A stretch of DNA of 64,000 nucleotides from IMG/VR virus record IMGVR_UViG_3300028384_001376, positions 815 to 64,814 of that record. One strand, given 5' to 3'. Positions 37,076 through 46,789 of this stretch are shown here, one piece after another. The notes under the pieces are model-generated. The model ran no database searches. It was not told where the DNA came from and saw only the letters and a list, made by a program, of their open reading frames with translations. Position 1 is the stretch's first letter. Each line of letters begins with the position of its first letter. This DNA comes from a virus. A program made the position numbers and the translations under genes.

Positions 37076-37941
37076 CCGAAAACCCCAAAATCAAACTCGG
37101 CTTAAATGCCGGCCTGTCGCTGGCCGACTATCACGGCCACAAGACCAGCTACTCTAAGAGTGACCTGGTCAACTATGCCAAGACGCCGCTGGAGTGTTAC
37201 ACCAAAAAGCACGCCACCGAGGAGAAAAAGCGCGACATCTTCGAGCTGGGCACCGCCGCCCATGCCGCCATCCTCGAAGGCCTGGAGGCTTACTGGAGCC
37301 GGGTGGCCATCGTGCCCGACGAGGTGCTGGGCAAAAACGGTGCGCGTAGCACCAAGGCCTACAAAGAGTGGGCCGTCGCCCACACCCACAAGACAACCTT
37401 GACCGCCGACCAGGCCCGCGCCGTGGAGCAAATCTTCCACAGCGCCTTTAAAAAGACCATCTTCGAGCAGCTGCTCAACGGCGGCATCCCGGAAATGAGC
37501 GCCTTCTGGATCGAAGACTTCGACGGCCATCCGCTCATGCTCAAGTGCCGCCCCGACTATCTTCCGGCCAATGCCGTGGTGGTCGATCTCAAGACCACCG
37601 GCGACATCCACAACTTTTCCAGGACGGCCCACAACCTCAAGTACCACTGGAGCGCCTGGCTGACCTGCCGGGGTCTGACTCAGATCACCGGCCAGCTGCA
37701 CAACCAGTATTACTTCGCCGTGGTCGAGGTCGAAGAGCCCTTTGATTCGATGATGGTCCAGGTCATGCCCGAGCATTTTGAGCTGGCCGAATACGAGATC
37801 ATGGAGCTGCTGCCGCGCCTGGCCGCCTGTGACCGCGACGACTTCTGGCCAGGACTGCCCGACGATGTCATCGCCATGGAGATGCCCAGCTGGGCCTTTA
37901 GGAACGCTCGACATATCTTGGATCAGGCCCAGGCGGCGTAA
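37072..37941 (+). CDS. PD-(D/E)XK nuclease (YqaJ/RecE-like phage exonuclease) (289 aa)
   Basis: D...EVK..K-type signature (VVDLKTTGD). Sits in a recombination-gene position. Confidence 0.55.
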   Translation: MTENPKIKLGLNAGLSLADYHGHKTSYSKSDLVNYAKTPLECYTKKHATEEKKRDIFELGTAAHAAILEGLEAYWSRVAIVPDEVLGKNGARSTKAYKEWAVAHTHKTTLTADQARAVEQIFHSAFKKTIFEQLLNGGIPEMSAFWIEDFDGHPLMLKCRPDYLPANAVVVDLKTTGDIHNFSRTAHNLKYHWSAWLTCRGLTQITGQLHNQYYFAVVEVEEPFDSMMVQVMPEHFELAEYEIMELLPRLAACDRDDFWPGLPDDVIAMEMPSWAFRNARHILDQAQAA

Positions 37942-37953
37942 GAGAGGTGTTCT

Positions 37954-38175
37954 ATGTCCATACCATCCTCGCGCTGCCGCAGCTGTGGCGCCCCAATCCT
38001 TTGGGTCACCATGGAAAGTGGAAAGTCCATGCCCGTCAACCCGGAAAGGTTGCGGGTCGTGCTGACCAACAGGGACTACACCGGCGGCACAGTGATCACC
38101 GGGCACCTGCCCCACTGGGCCACCTGTCCCCATGCCGACAAGCACCGCAAAACAAAGCATAGGAGAGGATTATGA
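37954..38175 (+). CDS. zinc-ribbon protein (73 aa)
   Basis: CRSCG...CPHADKH motif pair. Confidence 0.4.
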   Translation: MSIPSSRCRSCGAPILWVTMESGKSMPVNPERLRVVLTNRDYTGGTVITGHLPHWATCPHADKHRKTKHRRGL

Positions 38176-39737
38176 ATCATTACCCCCAGCAGCAAAGAAC
38201 TACTACCGCGCTGGTGCCGATGAACGAGCAGGCGCTGGCCAAGATGAACAAGACCGGCAAGCAGATCTCTGCCATCATCGACGAGTGCCTGCCGGCGGCC
38301 ACCGGCAACGCGGCCGACTTTATCAGCTCGTTGGCCATCGCCAAGGGCGTCCACGACCTCAAGGCGATCTTCTTGCAGTCGCCGGAGATCCGCCAGGTGG
38401 TCATGAGCATGTGCAACAACCGGCTCGGTTTTCTCACCGACCGCACCCCGGCCATCGTGACGCGCAACCAGCGCAACGGTAAATACCCCAACAAGCTCTA
38501 CTCCTACGAGGAGCTGGTGGACCCGATCATCGAGGGCCTGCTCAAGGGCTACCGGATCAGCAATAACGAGATCAACATCATCTCCGGCCAGTTCTACGCC
38601 GCCAAGGCGGGCAACTACCGCATGATCCTGGAGTATCCGGGCCTGGCCAACTTCGCCTACAACAACTCTCCCGCCGTCTATGCCCAGGACCACAAGTCGG
38701 CGAGAGTCAAGTGCTGGGCCAGCTGGAAGATCAACGAGGTCGCCCAGTCCATCGGCATGGAGCCCAACGACGAGCTGATCCTGGCCATCCGGGTCAACTA
38801 CGGCATGGGCGACGACGCCGTGCTGGGCAAGGCCCACGCCAAGCTGTTCAAGCGGGTGCTGGAGCGCTTGAGCGGCCAGGTGATCCCGGAGAGCTCCGAT
38901 GTGGAGGTGATCAACGGCCAGGCGCTTCCGGCCGAAGAGATCCCCGCAGCTCCGGCCCAGGTCGCCCAGCCCGAGCGCCCCGCTCTGGACCTCTACGGCG
39001 AGGTCGAGCCCGCACCGGCTGCCAAGCCCACCGAGGTCGAGATCAACCCGCAGCTGCGCCAGAAGTTTGCCCAGGTGCTGCGCAAGGAGCTCGGCGGTGA
39101 AGACATTTATGTCAAAGCGGCCCTGGAAGATGTTCCCGCCGGGGCCTCCCGCCAGGGGCTCAGCGAGGCCGAGTTTATCTTGAAGATGCTCAACTTCAAG
39201 CAGGAGCGCGACGCCTGGATCGAAGGATTGGCAGGTGCAATCCTGGCCAACAACGCCAGCAAGCAGGTCGAGGTCGAGATCGAGTCCGAGGTAGAGCAAC
39301 AACTCACATTCCCTGCCCCTTCCGAGCCCCAGCCTGCGCCCCAGGAGAACAACTACTGGGCCGACAGGTCCAACTGGGTCACCCGGCGCGGAGTCCCCTT
39401 TTTGCTGCTGGTGCGCATCGGCTTAGCTCTACCCTTTGCCTCGGGCACCCTGGCCAAGCAGGACGGCGACGTGGTCGAGATCACCGAGACCGCCAAGGCG
39501 ACCTACAACGCCGAGCGGAACAAAAACCCCAGCGCCTGGGGCGCTCTTCTGACCGCCCACGCTGCCGTCAAAGTGGCCGTCAAAAACAAAATCGAAGACA
39601 AGGGGTCTATGGGGCTCGTCAGCGGCATCTTCGACCAATGGCTGGCAGAGGCATCAGGTGATAGCGATGCGTCCGGCCAGCCGCCGGAAAAGGGGCAAGA
39701 CGCCCCGCAAACGAAAGAGGCCGTCGAGCAGTTTTAA
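38172..39737 (+). CDS. recombination protein candidate (RecT/Red-beta-like SSAP?) with acidic/Pro-rich C-terminal extension (521 aa)
   Basis: Position directly after the exonuclease. Weak resemblance to the RecT core. Not certain. Confidence 0.4.
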   Translation: MNHYPQQQRTTTALVPMNEQALAKMNKTGKQISAIIDECLPAATGNAADFISSLAIAKGVHDLKAIFLQSPEIRQVVMSMCNNRLGFLTDRTPAIVTRNQRNGKYPNKLYSYEELVDPIIEGLLKGYRISNNEINIISGQFYAAKAGNYRMILEYPGLANFAYNNSPAVYAQDHKSARVKCWASWKINEVAQSIGMEPNDELILAIRVNYGMGDDAVLGKAHAKLFKRVLERLSGQVIPESSDVEVINGQALPAEEIPAAPAQVAQPERPALDLYGEVEPAPAAKPTEVEINPQLRQKFAQVLRKELGGEDIYVKAALEDVPAGASRQGLSEAEFILKMLNFKQERDAWIEGLAGAILANNASKQVEVEIESEVEQQLTFPAPSEPQPAPQENNYWADRSNWVTRRGVPFLLLVRIGLALPFASGTLAKQDGDVVEITETAKATYNAERNKNPSAWGALLTAHAAVKVAVKNKIEDKGSMGLVSGIFDQWLAEASGDSDASGQPPEKGQDAPQTKEAVEQF

Positions 39738-39855
39738 CCTGTAACCAGGGTCGGCAGTCTTCTGTGCTGCCGGCCCGCAGCCCGCTCCATCGTTCCAGCC
39801 AGCCCCATCCAAGCTCCAGATCCATCAAATGACAATCAAATAAGCACCGGAGACA

Positions 39856-40863
39856 TTGACAATGAAAGGCTTCGTCGGAAAATCTCCTTCCATCCAGTGG
39901 TACTACAAAGATTGGCTGGCCGATCGGCAGCTGCAACGTACCACGGTGGCAACCCGAGGAGTGTGGATGAACCTGCTCATGTATATGATCGACGGCAGTT
40001 TCGACCTCACCAATGGCCAGCCCGGCCGGATGGAGTCCGTCACGATTCGGGAGATCTGTGCTCTGGCGCACTGCAGAGAGCAGGAGGCCTGGGACTTTTT
40101 GGAAGAGGCATTTCAATATGGCTTTTGCGAAGTTCAAGTGGACAGAAACAGGACTTTCCACATAATGTCCAGGCGCTTGTCCGCCGACGCAGAGAACAGG
40201 GCCAAGTGGCGGGAACAAAAGAGAAAACAGCGCGAAGAGAAAAGAAAAAGGAAAGATGTCCGCGACGATGTCCGCGATGTGTCCACCCCCTGTCCACCCC
40301 TATCTCCTACTCCTACTCCTACTCCAACTCCTAAAGGAGTATATAAGAGTGTGTGTATTGGCATTTCGCTGCTCAGCCAAATCGCCAAACTGTTCAATGA
40401 GCTCCTCAGCCCCCCGTTAGCTCCGGTCCGAATTTCGGCCGACGGCAAGCTCATGTCCAAGTCGCTCGCCGAGCTGCTCGGCCAGAGGTGCTCGGCCAGC
40501 TCCGAGCTCAAGGCCCCGGAGTGGTGGCGATCGTTTTTTTTGGAGATCAAGCAGATGCCTTTTCTGCTCGGCGAAAGCGACAGCGGCTGGAAGGCCAGCC
40601 TGCACTGGATCGCCAAGCGCAACAACTTCGAGAAGATCTTGGACGGCAACTATCGCCAGAGCTCGACGAGGCGCCCCCGGAGCTCAAGGTCGCCCCCGCC
40701 GCCGCCGGCCAACTCCAGGGAGGCCCGCCGGCAAGACATCTTAAAACAGTGTGACTACCTCAACGCGCTATCCGATGCGCAGCGAAAGGCCGAAGATGAG
40801 ACAAACCAAACACAGAATCGCGGCGATCAGCACGGCCCTCATGCGATTGAACATCGCCAATAA
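39856..40863 (+). CDS. DUF1376 (YdaU-like) phage replication-associated protein (335 aa)
   Basis: N-terminal WYYKDWLADRQL...GVWMNLLMYM motif. Low-complexity PTPTPTP linker. Confidence 0.5.
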   Translation: MTMKGFVGKSPSIQWYYKDWLADRQLQRTTVATRGVWMNLLMYMIDGSFDLTNGQPGRMESVTIREICALAHCREQEAWDFLEEAFQYGFCEVQVDRNRTFHIMSRRLSADAENRAKWREQKRKQREEKRKRKDVRDDVRDVSTPCPPLSPTPTPTPTPKGVYKSVCIGISLLSQIAKLFNELLSPPLAPVRISADGKLMSKSLAELLGQRCSASSELKAPEWWRSFFLEIKQMPFLLGESDSGWKASLHWIAKRNNFEKILDGNYRQSSTRRPRSSRSPPPPPANSREARRQDILKQCDYLNALSDAQRKAEDETNQTQNRGDQHGPHAIEHRQ

Positions 40864-41170
40864 CCTGGGCAAGACCAGCAAGGAGATCAAGGTCTACGTC
40901 GATGCCATCTTGCCGAGCTTGAGCTCGTTCAGTACCGAGGTCCTCATCCGGGCCATCGATGATTTTTCGCGGAGCTCAAAGTGGTGGCCCAAGCTGGCCG
41001 AGCTCATCGAAGGAGCTCGGATCACGGCGCAGGCTATGGAGTACGAGCGCCAGCGCAAGATCGCCAAGCTGCCCCCACCTGCAGAGCTCACCGACCGCCA
41101 GCGGTTGAAAAACCTGGTCGCCATAAAAAAATTGCGCCAGCGCTTGGCGCAGCAAAGGAGGATGTCATGA
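40796..41170 (+). CDS. hypothetical protein (about 124 aa; start uncertain, overlaps the upstream gene)
   Basis: ORF 40751-41170. Several in-frame candidate starts. Confidence 0.3.
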   Translation: MRQTKHRIAAISTALMRLNIANNLGKTSKEIKVYVDAILPSLSSFSTEVLIRAIDDFSRSSKWWPKLAELIEGARITAQAMEYERQRKIAKLPPPAELTDRQRLKNLVAIKKLRQRLAQQRRMS

Positions 41171-41484
41171 AACCTGCTTTTCAGCTGATGGCCCCGCCCA
41201 TCAATGTCATTACAGCCATTGCCCGCGACAAATTCTGGCGCGGCGTCTGGCGCGTGTGCTACCACAACGGCGGCCAGAGCCGCATCAGCCTGGAGCTGGT
41301 GGCCACCTACGAGGTCGAAAAAGAGTTGTTCCACCTGGAAAACAGCAGCCAGGTGCTCGACGCACCGGCCTTCGAGGCCTACCGGCGCCAGCACTGGCCC
41401 ATGCCCCACGAAAAAGAGCGCAACCCGGACAACGTCACCCTGGGCGTCCACTCCGGGTCCAGCCCCAACCGAGCCAAATTGTAG
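41167..41484 (+). CDS. hypothetical protein (105 aa)
   Basis: ATGA overlap with the upstream gene. Confidence 0.35.
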   Translation: MKPAFQLMAPPINVITAIARDKFWRGVWRVCYHNGGQSRISLELVATYEVEKELFHLENSSQVLDAPAFEAYRRQHWPMPHEKERNPDNVTLGVHSGSSPNRAKL

Positions 41485-41493
41485 GAGGAGATC

Positions 41494-41871
41494 ATGTCAA
41501 CGATTTTGGAGTACATCAAAAACATACTGGCCAGCGGCGTGTTGAGCATCGTCAACATCGCCGACGGCGCCGCCGTTGAGATGGCCGATCATGGGCTGGC
41601 CAAACTGATCGCCGACTGCGCCGACCCCAACACGGCCACCAAGGCCAAGCGGGTGCTCAACCTCAAGCTGACCATCATGCCGTCGGCCGACCGCACTATC
41701 TTGACCTACGACATCGACGTATCGCTCAAGCTGGCGGGCCTGGCGCCGGCCTCGGGCTCGGCCGATATCGAGCAGACCGGTCGGGGCGTAATCGCCAAGC
41801 AGCGCGGCGCAGCCCAGCTGCAGCTTTTTGACAATGTTTCATTCAAACTCGAAGAGGAGGATAGCAAATGA
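41494..41871 (+). CDS. hypothetical protein (125 aa)
   Basis: GGAGGAG RBS then ATG 41494. Confidence 0.4.
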   Translation: MSTILEYIKNILASGVLSIVNIADGAAVEMADHGLAKLIADCADPNTATKAKRVLNLKLTIMPSADRTILTYDIDVSLKLAGLAPASGSADIEQTGRGVIAKQRGAAQLQLFDNVSFKLEEEDSK

Positions 41872-42593
41872 TCAAAGAAGCCATCGAGAAGATTTTGGAC
41901 CTGGCGCCGATCGAAGATAAGACCATCGAAATCCACGATCGTCTCTACACCCGTAAACACCTAACTCGGGTACTCCGGCCCGATGAAGCGGCGCCCGATG
42001 TAATCAAGCTGCACACCCTCAAGGGCGTGGTCGATTTTGTCTACCAAAACGCCGGCATCGATATGCCCGCCAAACAAGGACTGAGCATCCATGTGGCCAG
42101 CGAGCACCTCGTTTTGCTGGCCGGCCACCTGCAGCCGACCAACGACAATAAGCGCTTTTACTACCTGGAAAGTCGGCTGGCCCACGACATGTTCAGCTTC
42201 GGCCACTGGTGGAGCCAGGAGGATTTTATCATCGGGCTCAATGCCCTGTTTGTCCCGGACGAGATGCGCGACAAGGTCCTGCAGCTGGTCAGCCACATGA
42301 TCGACGACGAGGGCACCGAGTACCGAGACGACGGCGTCGGACAGACCGTCACCGTGCGCTCGGGCGTCCACATGGCCGGCGAGCAGGCCGTGCCGCCGAC
42401 CATCCGACTAAAGCCCTATCGCACCTTCCGCGAGGTCGATCAGCCGGCCAGCGACTTTTGCCTGCGCGTGCGCCAAAAACCATTGCGCCTGGCCTTGTTC
42501 GAGGCCGACGGCGGCGTGTGGCGCCTTGAGGCCATCAAGCGGATCAAGCAGTATTTTAACGATCAGCTGCCTGAGTTGGCGGTGTGGGGGTAG
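41868..42593 (+). CDS. hypothetical protein (241 aa)
   Basis: ATGA overlap. Operon context. Confidence 0.4.
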   Translation: MIKEAIEKILDLAPIEDKTIEIHDRLYTRKHLTRVLRPDEAAPDVIKLHTLKGVVDFVYQNAGIDMPAKQGLSIHVASEHLVLLAGHLQPTNDNKRFYYLESRLAHDMFSFGHWWSQEDFIIGLNALFVPDEMRDKVLQLVSHMIDDEGTEYRDDGVGQTVTVRSGVHMAGEQAVPPTIRLKPYRTFREVDQPASDFCLRVRQKPLRLALFEADGGVWRLEAIKRIKQYFNDQLPELAVWG

Positions 42594-42597
42594 TGAT

Positions 42598-42885
42598 ATG
42601 GCCTATCAAGCCGACTTTGAGAGCCTGGCAGAGTATTGGCAATCGTTTGAGCGGCGCTGTGTGCCGGATGATGCGTCTCCGGCGCAGCGCTTTGACACCC
42701 AGGCGGCCTTTTTTGCGGGCGCAATTTCGACGCTTATGCTGCTGGACGGCGCTTTTTTTGACCCGCAGGCCTCCGAGGAGGATAAGTCGGCCCGGTTGGC
42801 TGAGATCCGAAAAGAGATCCGGGCCTATACCGACCCTGCGATGGTGCAGGCGGTGATGGAGTCGCTGGTGAGCGAGATCCATTAA
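42598..42885 (+). CDS. hypothetical protein (95 aa)
   Basis: ATG 42598 directly after the upstream stop. Confidence 0.35.
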   Translation: MAYQADFESLAEYWQSFERRCVPDDASPAQRFDTQAAFFAGAISTLMLLDGAFFDPQASEEDKSARLAEIRKEIRAYTDPAMVQAVMESLVSEIH

Positions 42886-42910
42886 CACCAAAAAAAGAAA
42901 GGGAAAAGCA

Positions 42911-43717
42911 ATGAAAAAGAGATGGTTTGTGCTGCTGTTCTGTGGCCTACTGGCAATGGGATGCTCCAATCCTTTCACACCGGCCGGCCATGAGGGCTAT
43001 GTCTATGAGACGCCGCGCATATTCGGCAAGGGCGGCTTCAAGGGGATTGTCAAGGGCCCTGGCAACTACGGCGCCTCTTTATGGCTCAACCAAGCGATCA
43101 ATATCGATGTCCGGCCCAAAACCTATATCGAGAATTTCAAAATCTTGGCCAAGGATGATCTGAACGTCAGCTTCAAGTTCGAGGCGGTGATCAAATTAAC
43201 GCCAGGCCAAGTGGACAAGGTGGTCCAAAATTACGCCAGCGAACAGTGGTACATGCGTTTTGTCAAAGAGCCCTTCCGTTCGTTCGTGCGCAATTCGACC
43301 CAAAAGCATACCTCCCGCGAGCTCAAGGCCCAGCGCGAGGTGATATCCGAGGAGGTCAAAACCAGCCTGGAGCGGTATCTGGACGGCTCGCCCTTTGTCC
43401 TGGTCAAGATGGTGGTGGGCAACATCGACTACCCGCCGGTGGTGGCCAAGGCCGTGGAGAAGAAGCTGGCCGCCCAGCAATTGTTGGAGGAGAAAGAGAC
43501 TCAGAAAAAGATCGCCAAGCGTGATGCCGAGATCAAAATCGAAGAGGCCAAGGGCATTGCCGAGTCCCAGCGCATCATCAACGCCACGTTGACGGCTAAT
43601 TATTTGCAACATGAGGCCATCCAGGCACAACTGGCCATGGCTGACAGCCCTAACCATACCACGGTGTATATTCCCTCGGGTGCTAACGGTATTCCCGTGG
43701 TCAAGACAGTCAAGTGA
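42911..43717 (+). CDS. SPFH/band-7 (prohibitin-like) lipoprotein (268 aa)
   Basis: Lipobox LLAMGC. SPFH core followed by a coiled-coil. Confidence 0.65.
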   Translation: MKKRWFVLLFCGLLAMGCSNPFTPAGHEGYVYETPRIFGKGGFKGIVKGPGNYGASLWLNQAINIDVRPKTYIENFKILAKDDLNVSFKFEAVIKLTPGQVDKVVQNYASEQWYMRFVKEPFRSFVRNSTQKHTSRELKAQREVISEEVKTSLERYLDGSPFVLVKMVVGNIDYPPVVAKAVEKKLAAQQLLEEKETQKKIAKRDAEIKIEEAKGIAESQRIINATLTANYLQHEAIQAQLAMADSPNHTTVYIPSGANGIPVVKTVK

Positions 43718-43723
43718 GGAAAA

Positions 43724-43805
43724 AATTTACAGAAGAAGTAATGTATTGAATCAAAATGTTTACAGGGCGTAAACGAGTATAGGGTAAAAATTTGCAGGAT
43801 GTAAA
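43724..43805. promoter_or_regulatory. operator-like TTTAC-N5-GTAAA sites upstream of the integrase gene
   Basis: TTTACagggcGTAAA at 43759-43773. TTTGCaggatGTAAA at 43791-43805. A weaker site at 43726. Same motif as in the cI/cro switch. Confidence 0.35.
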
Positions 43806-43854
43806 TTCATATGATAGGATACCTCCCATAGTTCAATCGTACAGGGAGGTAAAT

Positions 43855-45093
43855 ATGGACGGTTCAATCACGACCAGAAGTAAATGTCGCTGTGGTGGCT
43901 CTTTTGTCTTTGATCGCGGGCGCCGTGATCTTTTTTGCGATAAATGTGACGCAAGGACCACCGGCACCTATGTCGTTAGGTTTGGCAAAGGTAAAAACAG
44001 ACACTACAAATCGTTTGGTCATAACATTGAGGCCGCAATACAACACTTGGATCATATCCGATGCCAACGGGGCAACCCGGAAGTTTACGGCAAGTATGAT
44101 CCGAGGGACTGGCAAAAGCATAGCCCCTTGAGTATTGCGGCGCTGGGAGAAGCATGGGTTCGAAAAAAGAAGGCCACCAAGCCACCCCTTACCTTGACCA
44201 GAATGGGGATGATCACTAACTCGATTATGCGTTTGACCGAGCACATTGACATGGATGGCAGCAGACTCGGCGATAGGAGTATTAAGACCTTGACCGATAT
44301 GGATTTGGAGTTGTTCTATACTACCGATCACCGCAAGCTCAACAATCCCAAAGAGGAGTTGTCAAGCAAGACATTGTTCGACACCTGCAATACTCTGAAT
44401 GAGTTTTTTGTGTGGGCGGCCAAGATGGCTGGCTGCGAGCCGATCAAATTTAGAGATCTCGGATATGAGCGCAATGAAACGGAGCCGATTACCATCCAGC
44501 AGCAAGTTGCCCTGGTTGAATGGGTCAAAGAGAATTGCCCCGAGCCCAAGATCTGGTTTGCCATCGAGGGGTTGGCCAGAAACCCAAACGTCAGGCCGAG
44601 TGCGTTTTGTTATATCCTCTGGGAGCACATCAGTCCAACTGTCGGCAGGATATACGTTTATCGGCGTAAATCCCGACGTAAGATCAAGCAGGGTGCGCCC
44701 AAACCTAAAATCGTCATAATGAGCCAGGAGATGATGGATTATATCAAGTCCATCGAGTGGGGCACCGGGCCGTTTATGACCTATACGACACAACGATCCG
44801 GCGTTAAAATCGGCCAGCGCATCCATCCGAAGGTGCTAAACATTTGGGTCAAAAAGGCTGGCAAAGCATTGGGTATCGACACCACCTTGTATGCGGCCAC
44901 CAAGCACACCAGCGTCACCGGCATTAAGGCCTACATGGATGACGAGGCTATCCGGCGTGGGTTTTCGCAGCATGCAACCGAGGACGCATACATGCACTAT
45001 CAACATGATCAACTTACAGATCAGATCCGGGCGCAAAAAGCCTACGATCAGATGCTGGAAGATGCAAAAAGTAAATTGAAAGTGGTCAAATAA
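43855..45093 (+). CDS. integrase (tyrosine recombinase candidate) with N-terminal zinc-ribbon (412 aa)
   Basis: AGGGAGGT RBS. C-terminal ...ATKHTSVTG...YMHY resembles the R-H-R-Y catalytic region. Adjacent repeat and hairpin region. Confidence 0.55.
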   Translation: MDGSITTRSKCRCGGSFVFDRGRRDLFCDKCDARTTGTYVVRFGKGKNRHYKSFGHNIEAAIQHLDHIRCQRGNPEVYGKYDPRDWQKHSPLSIAALGEAWVRKKKATKPPLTLTRMGMITNSIMRLTEHIDMDGSRLGDRSIKTLTDMDLELFYTTDHRKLNNPKEELSSKTLFDTCNTLNEFFVWAAKMAGCEPIKFRDLGYERNETEPITIQQQVALVEWVKENCPEPKIWFAIEGLARNPNVRPSAFCYILWEHISPTVGRIYVYRRKSRRKIKQGAPKPKIVIMSQEMMDYIKSIEWGTGPFMTYTTQRSGVKIGQRIHPKVLNIWVKKAGKALGIDTTLYAATKHTSVTGIKAYMDDEAIRRGFSQHATEDAYMHYQHDQLTDQIRAQKAYDQMLEDAKSKLKVVK

Positions 45094-45106
45094 TGCGGAA
45101 GAACAA

Positions 45107-45276
45107 CTGCGCGACCATTGCGCGACCTTTTTTGAGGTTTGAAATTTTTAACCAATTGAAATTTAAGGGTAAATTGGAGGCGGCATCCAGATTCGAATTG
45201 GATGCCTCCTAATAACTACTTGAAATACCTCATATAAAAACCGCACTTTTGACCGCTGCGCGACCATTGCGCGACC
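45107..45276. repeat. attP-like region: two copies of CTGCGCGACCATTGCGCGACC flanking an AT-rich segment and a 12-bp-stem hairpin (45176-45209)
   Basis: Direct repeats at 45107-45127 and 45256-45276. Hairpin GGAGGCGGCATCCAG/ATTCGAAT/TGGATGCCTCC. Confidence 0.35.
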
Positions 45277-45371
45277 TACCAGGTCTATCGGTAGTTATCA
45301 CCGACAGAAAATACAATCAATAATCGACCGCTCCTTGGTCGAAAAAAATCATTTTCACAGGAGGAGGACCC

Positions 45372-45710
45372 ATGCCCCGACACATGAGTTTTACCCTGAC
45401 CAAGGAACAGATCCGCAATCACACCAAGGATGTCACCCGCCGCCGAGGCTGGTGGTTTTTAGAGCCCGGCGATGAGATCGTCGCCGTCGAGCAGATCATG
45501 GGCCTGCGGCGCGGCGAAAAGGTCGCCCCGCTGTGCAAGATCCGCGTGATCTCCACCCGGCCCGAGCCGCTCAACGCCATCACGCCGGCCGAGGTGGAGC
45601 GCGAGGGGTTCCCGAAGCTGAGCCCTGAGCAGTTAATCGAGCTGTATTGCCAGCACATGAGGTGCCCGTCGACAGAGGAGGTCAACCGGATTGAGTTTGA
45701 ATATTTGTAG
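45372..45710 (+). CDS. ASCH-domain protein (112 aa)
   Basis: GGAGGAGG RBS. ...DVTRRRG...PGDEIVAV... pattern resembles the ASCH beta-barrel. Confidence 0.45.
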   Translation: MPRHMSFTLTKEQIRNHTKDVTRRRGWWFLEPGDEIVAVEQIMGLRRGEKVAPLCKIRVISTRPEPLNAITPAEVEREGFPKLSPEQLIELYCQHMRCPSTEEVNRIEFEYL

Positions 45711-45719
45711 GAGGTGCAG

Positions 45720-46086
45720 GATGACATTTGACCCGCGCATAAATCAGATCAAAGAAATCCTGGAGCAACATCGAGGTAAAAGCAATCAAATAAGCGCCGG
45801 CGAAGTTGGCCCGATGGTTGGGATTAATGAAGACCCAACGCATTTTCAGACGCGCAAGCTGATTCTTCAAACAATTAAGCGTTTCCAGCTGCCAGTTGCT
45901 GCTTCAAGTCGTGGTTACTACCTGATTAGCACCAGCCAAGAGCTTGAAAAATATCTCAGCAGTATCGATGGCAGGATGCGCGAAATGCAAAAGAGAAAAA
46001 AAATAGTCCGGCAAGCCTTTGATAACTACTACAGCGCAGCCAAAAAGGCACAAAGCCACAGCTTTGATCAACTGCATCTGTTTTGA
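45720..46086 (+). CDS. hypothetical protein (122 aa), low-GC accessory gene
   Basis: ATG 45720. GC dip across 45700-46400. Confidence 0.4.
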
Positions 46087-46145
46087 TGAGCTGCGCCTGC
46101 AGTCGAAAAAACACACAAGCCTTTTGGGAGGATGGACTGCTGATA

Positions 46146-46378
46146 TGAAAGAAAAAATAGTGCAAATTGTATCGGCCCACCAGCCAGTGTGGGCTGTTTA
46201 TAAAAACGAGTGGGGAGAGACATGTGAAAAAATACATCTATGGGCATTGTTAGATGACGGTGAAGGCTACACGCATATAGAGGGAATCGCTCTTTGTGAT
46301 GATTGTTTAGAGCCAGTTGAAAGATATAGTAATTTTAATCGCTATACAGAAACATCTCCATCCGAGTTGGCAGAGTAG
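46146..46378 (+). CDS. hypothetical Cys-containing protein (77 aa)
   Basis: ATG 46146. Confidence 0.35.
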
Positions 46379-46469
46379 GCGAGCTGGAACGAGATGCCCG
46401 ACGTGCTTTTTCACGAAGAAGACTCATAGGGTGCGGACCCAATAACAACTTAAAAAAAAGGGAATTGCC

Positions 46470-46775
46470 ATGTCCGATAACCTTGAGAAGCTCCAAGAGG
46501 TGACCACCAAAGAGCTCATCGGCTTTTTCGATGGCCCGAAGGCGGTGCGCGAGAGCAAAGACGCCCTCAACGCCGCCCGGCTCGCCGTCAGCACGCTGTC
46601 GGCGGTCGGCCGCATCAAGGCCACCGAGCGGGCCAAGGACGCCACCCAGCTGATGGTGCTCAAGAATATTTGCAAAGACCAGGCGCAGTTTGACCAGTAC
46701 GTCAAGATTGCCATGCCCCACCTCAATCCGGGGTTGATGATTGAGGCCGGCAATGCGCTTCCCGACCAGGCGTGA
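46470..46775 (+). CDS. hypothetical protein (101 aa)
   Basis: AAGGGAATTGCC then ATG 46470. Confidence 0.4.
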   Translation: MSDNLEKLQEVTTKELIGFFDGPKAVRESKDALNAARLAVSTLSAVGRIKATERAKDATQLMVLKNICKDQAQFDQYVKIAMPHLNPGLMIEAGNALPDQA

Positions 46776-46789
46776 CATGGACTGATAGG

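Noticed and set aside
37102-39302. 352-aa and 408-aa minus-strand ORFs across the exonuclease and SSAP region
   Set aside because: Antisense to well-supported early-operon genes. The translations are Gly/Val/Asp-rich and repetitive.
43792-43854. Upstream start for the integrase (MQDVNSYDRIPPIV...)
   Set aside because: It lies in the AT-rich operator-like region. A strong AGGGAGGT RBS precedes ATG 43855.
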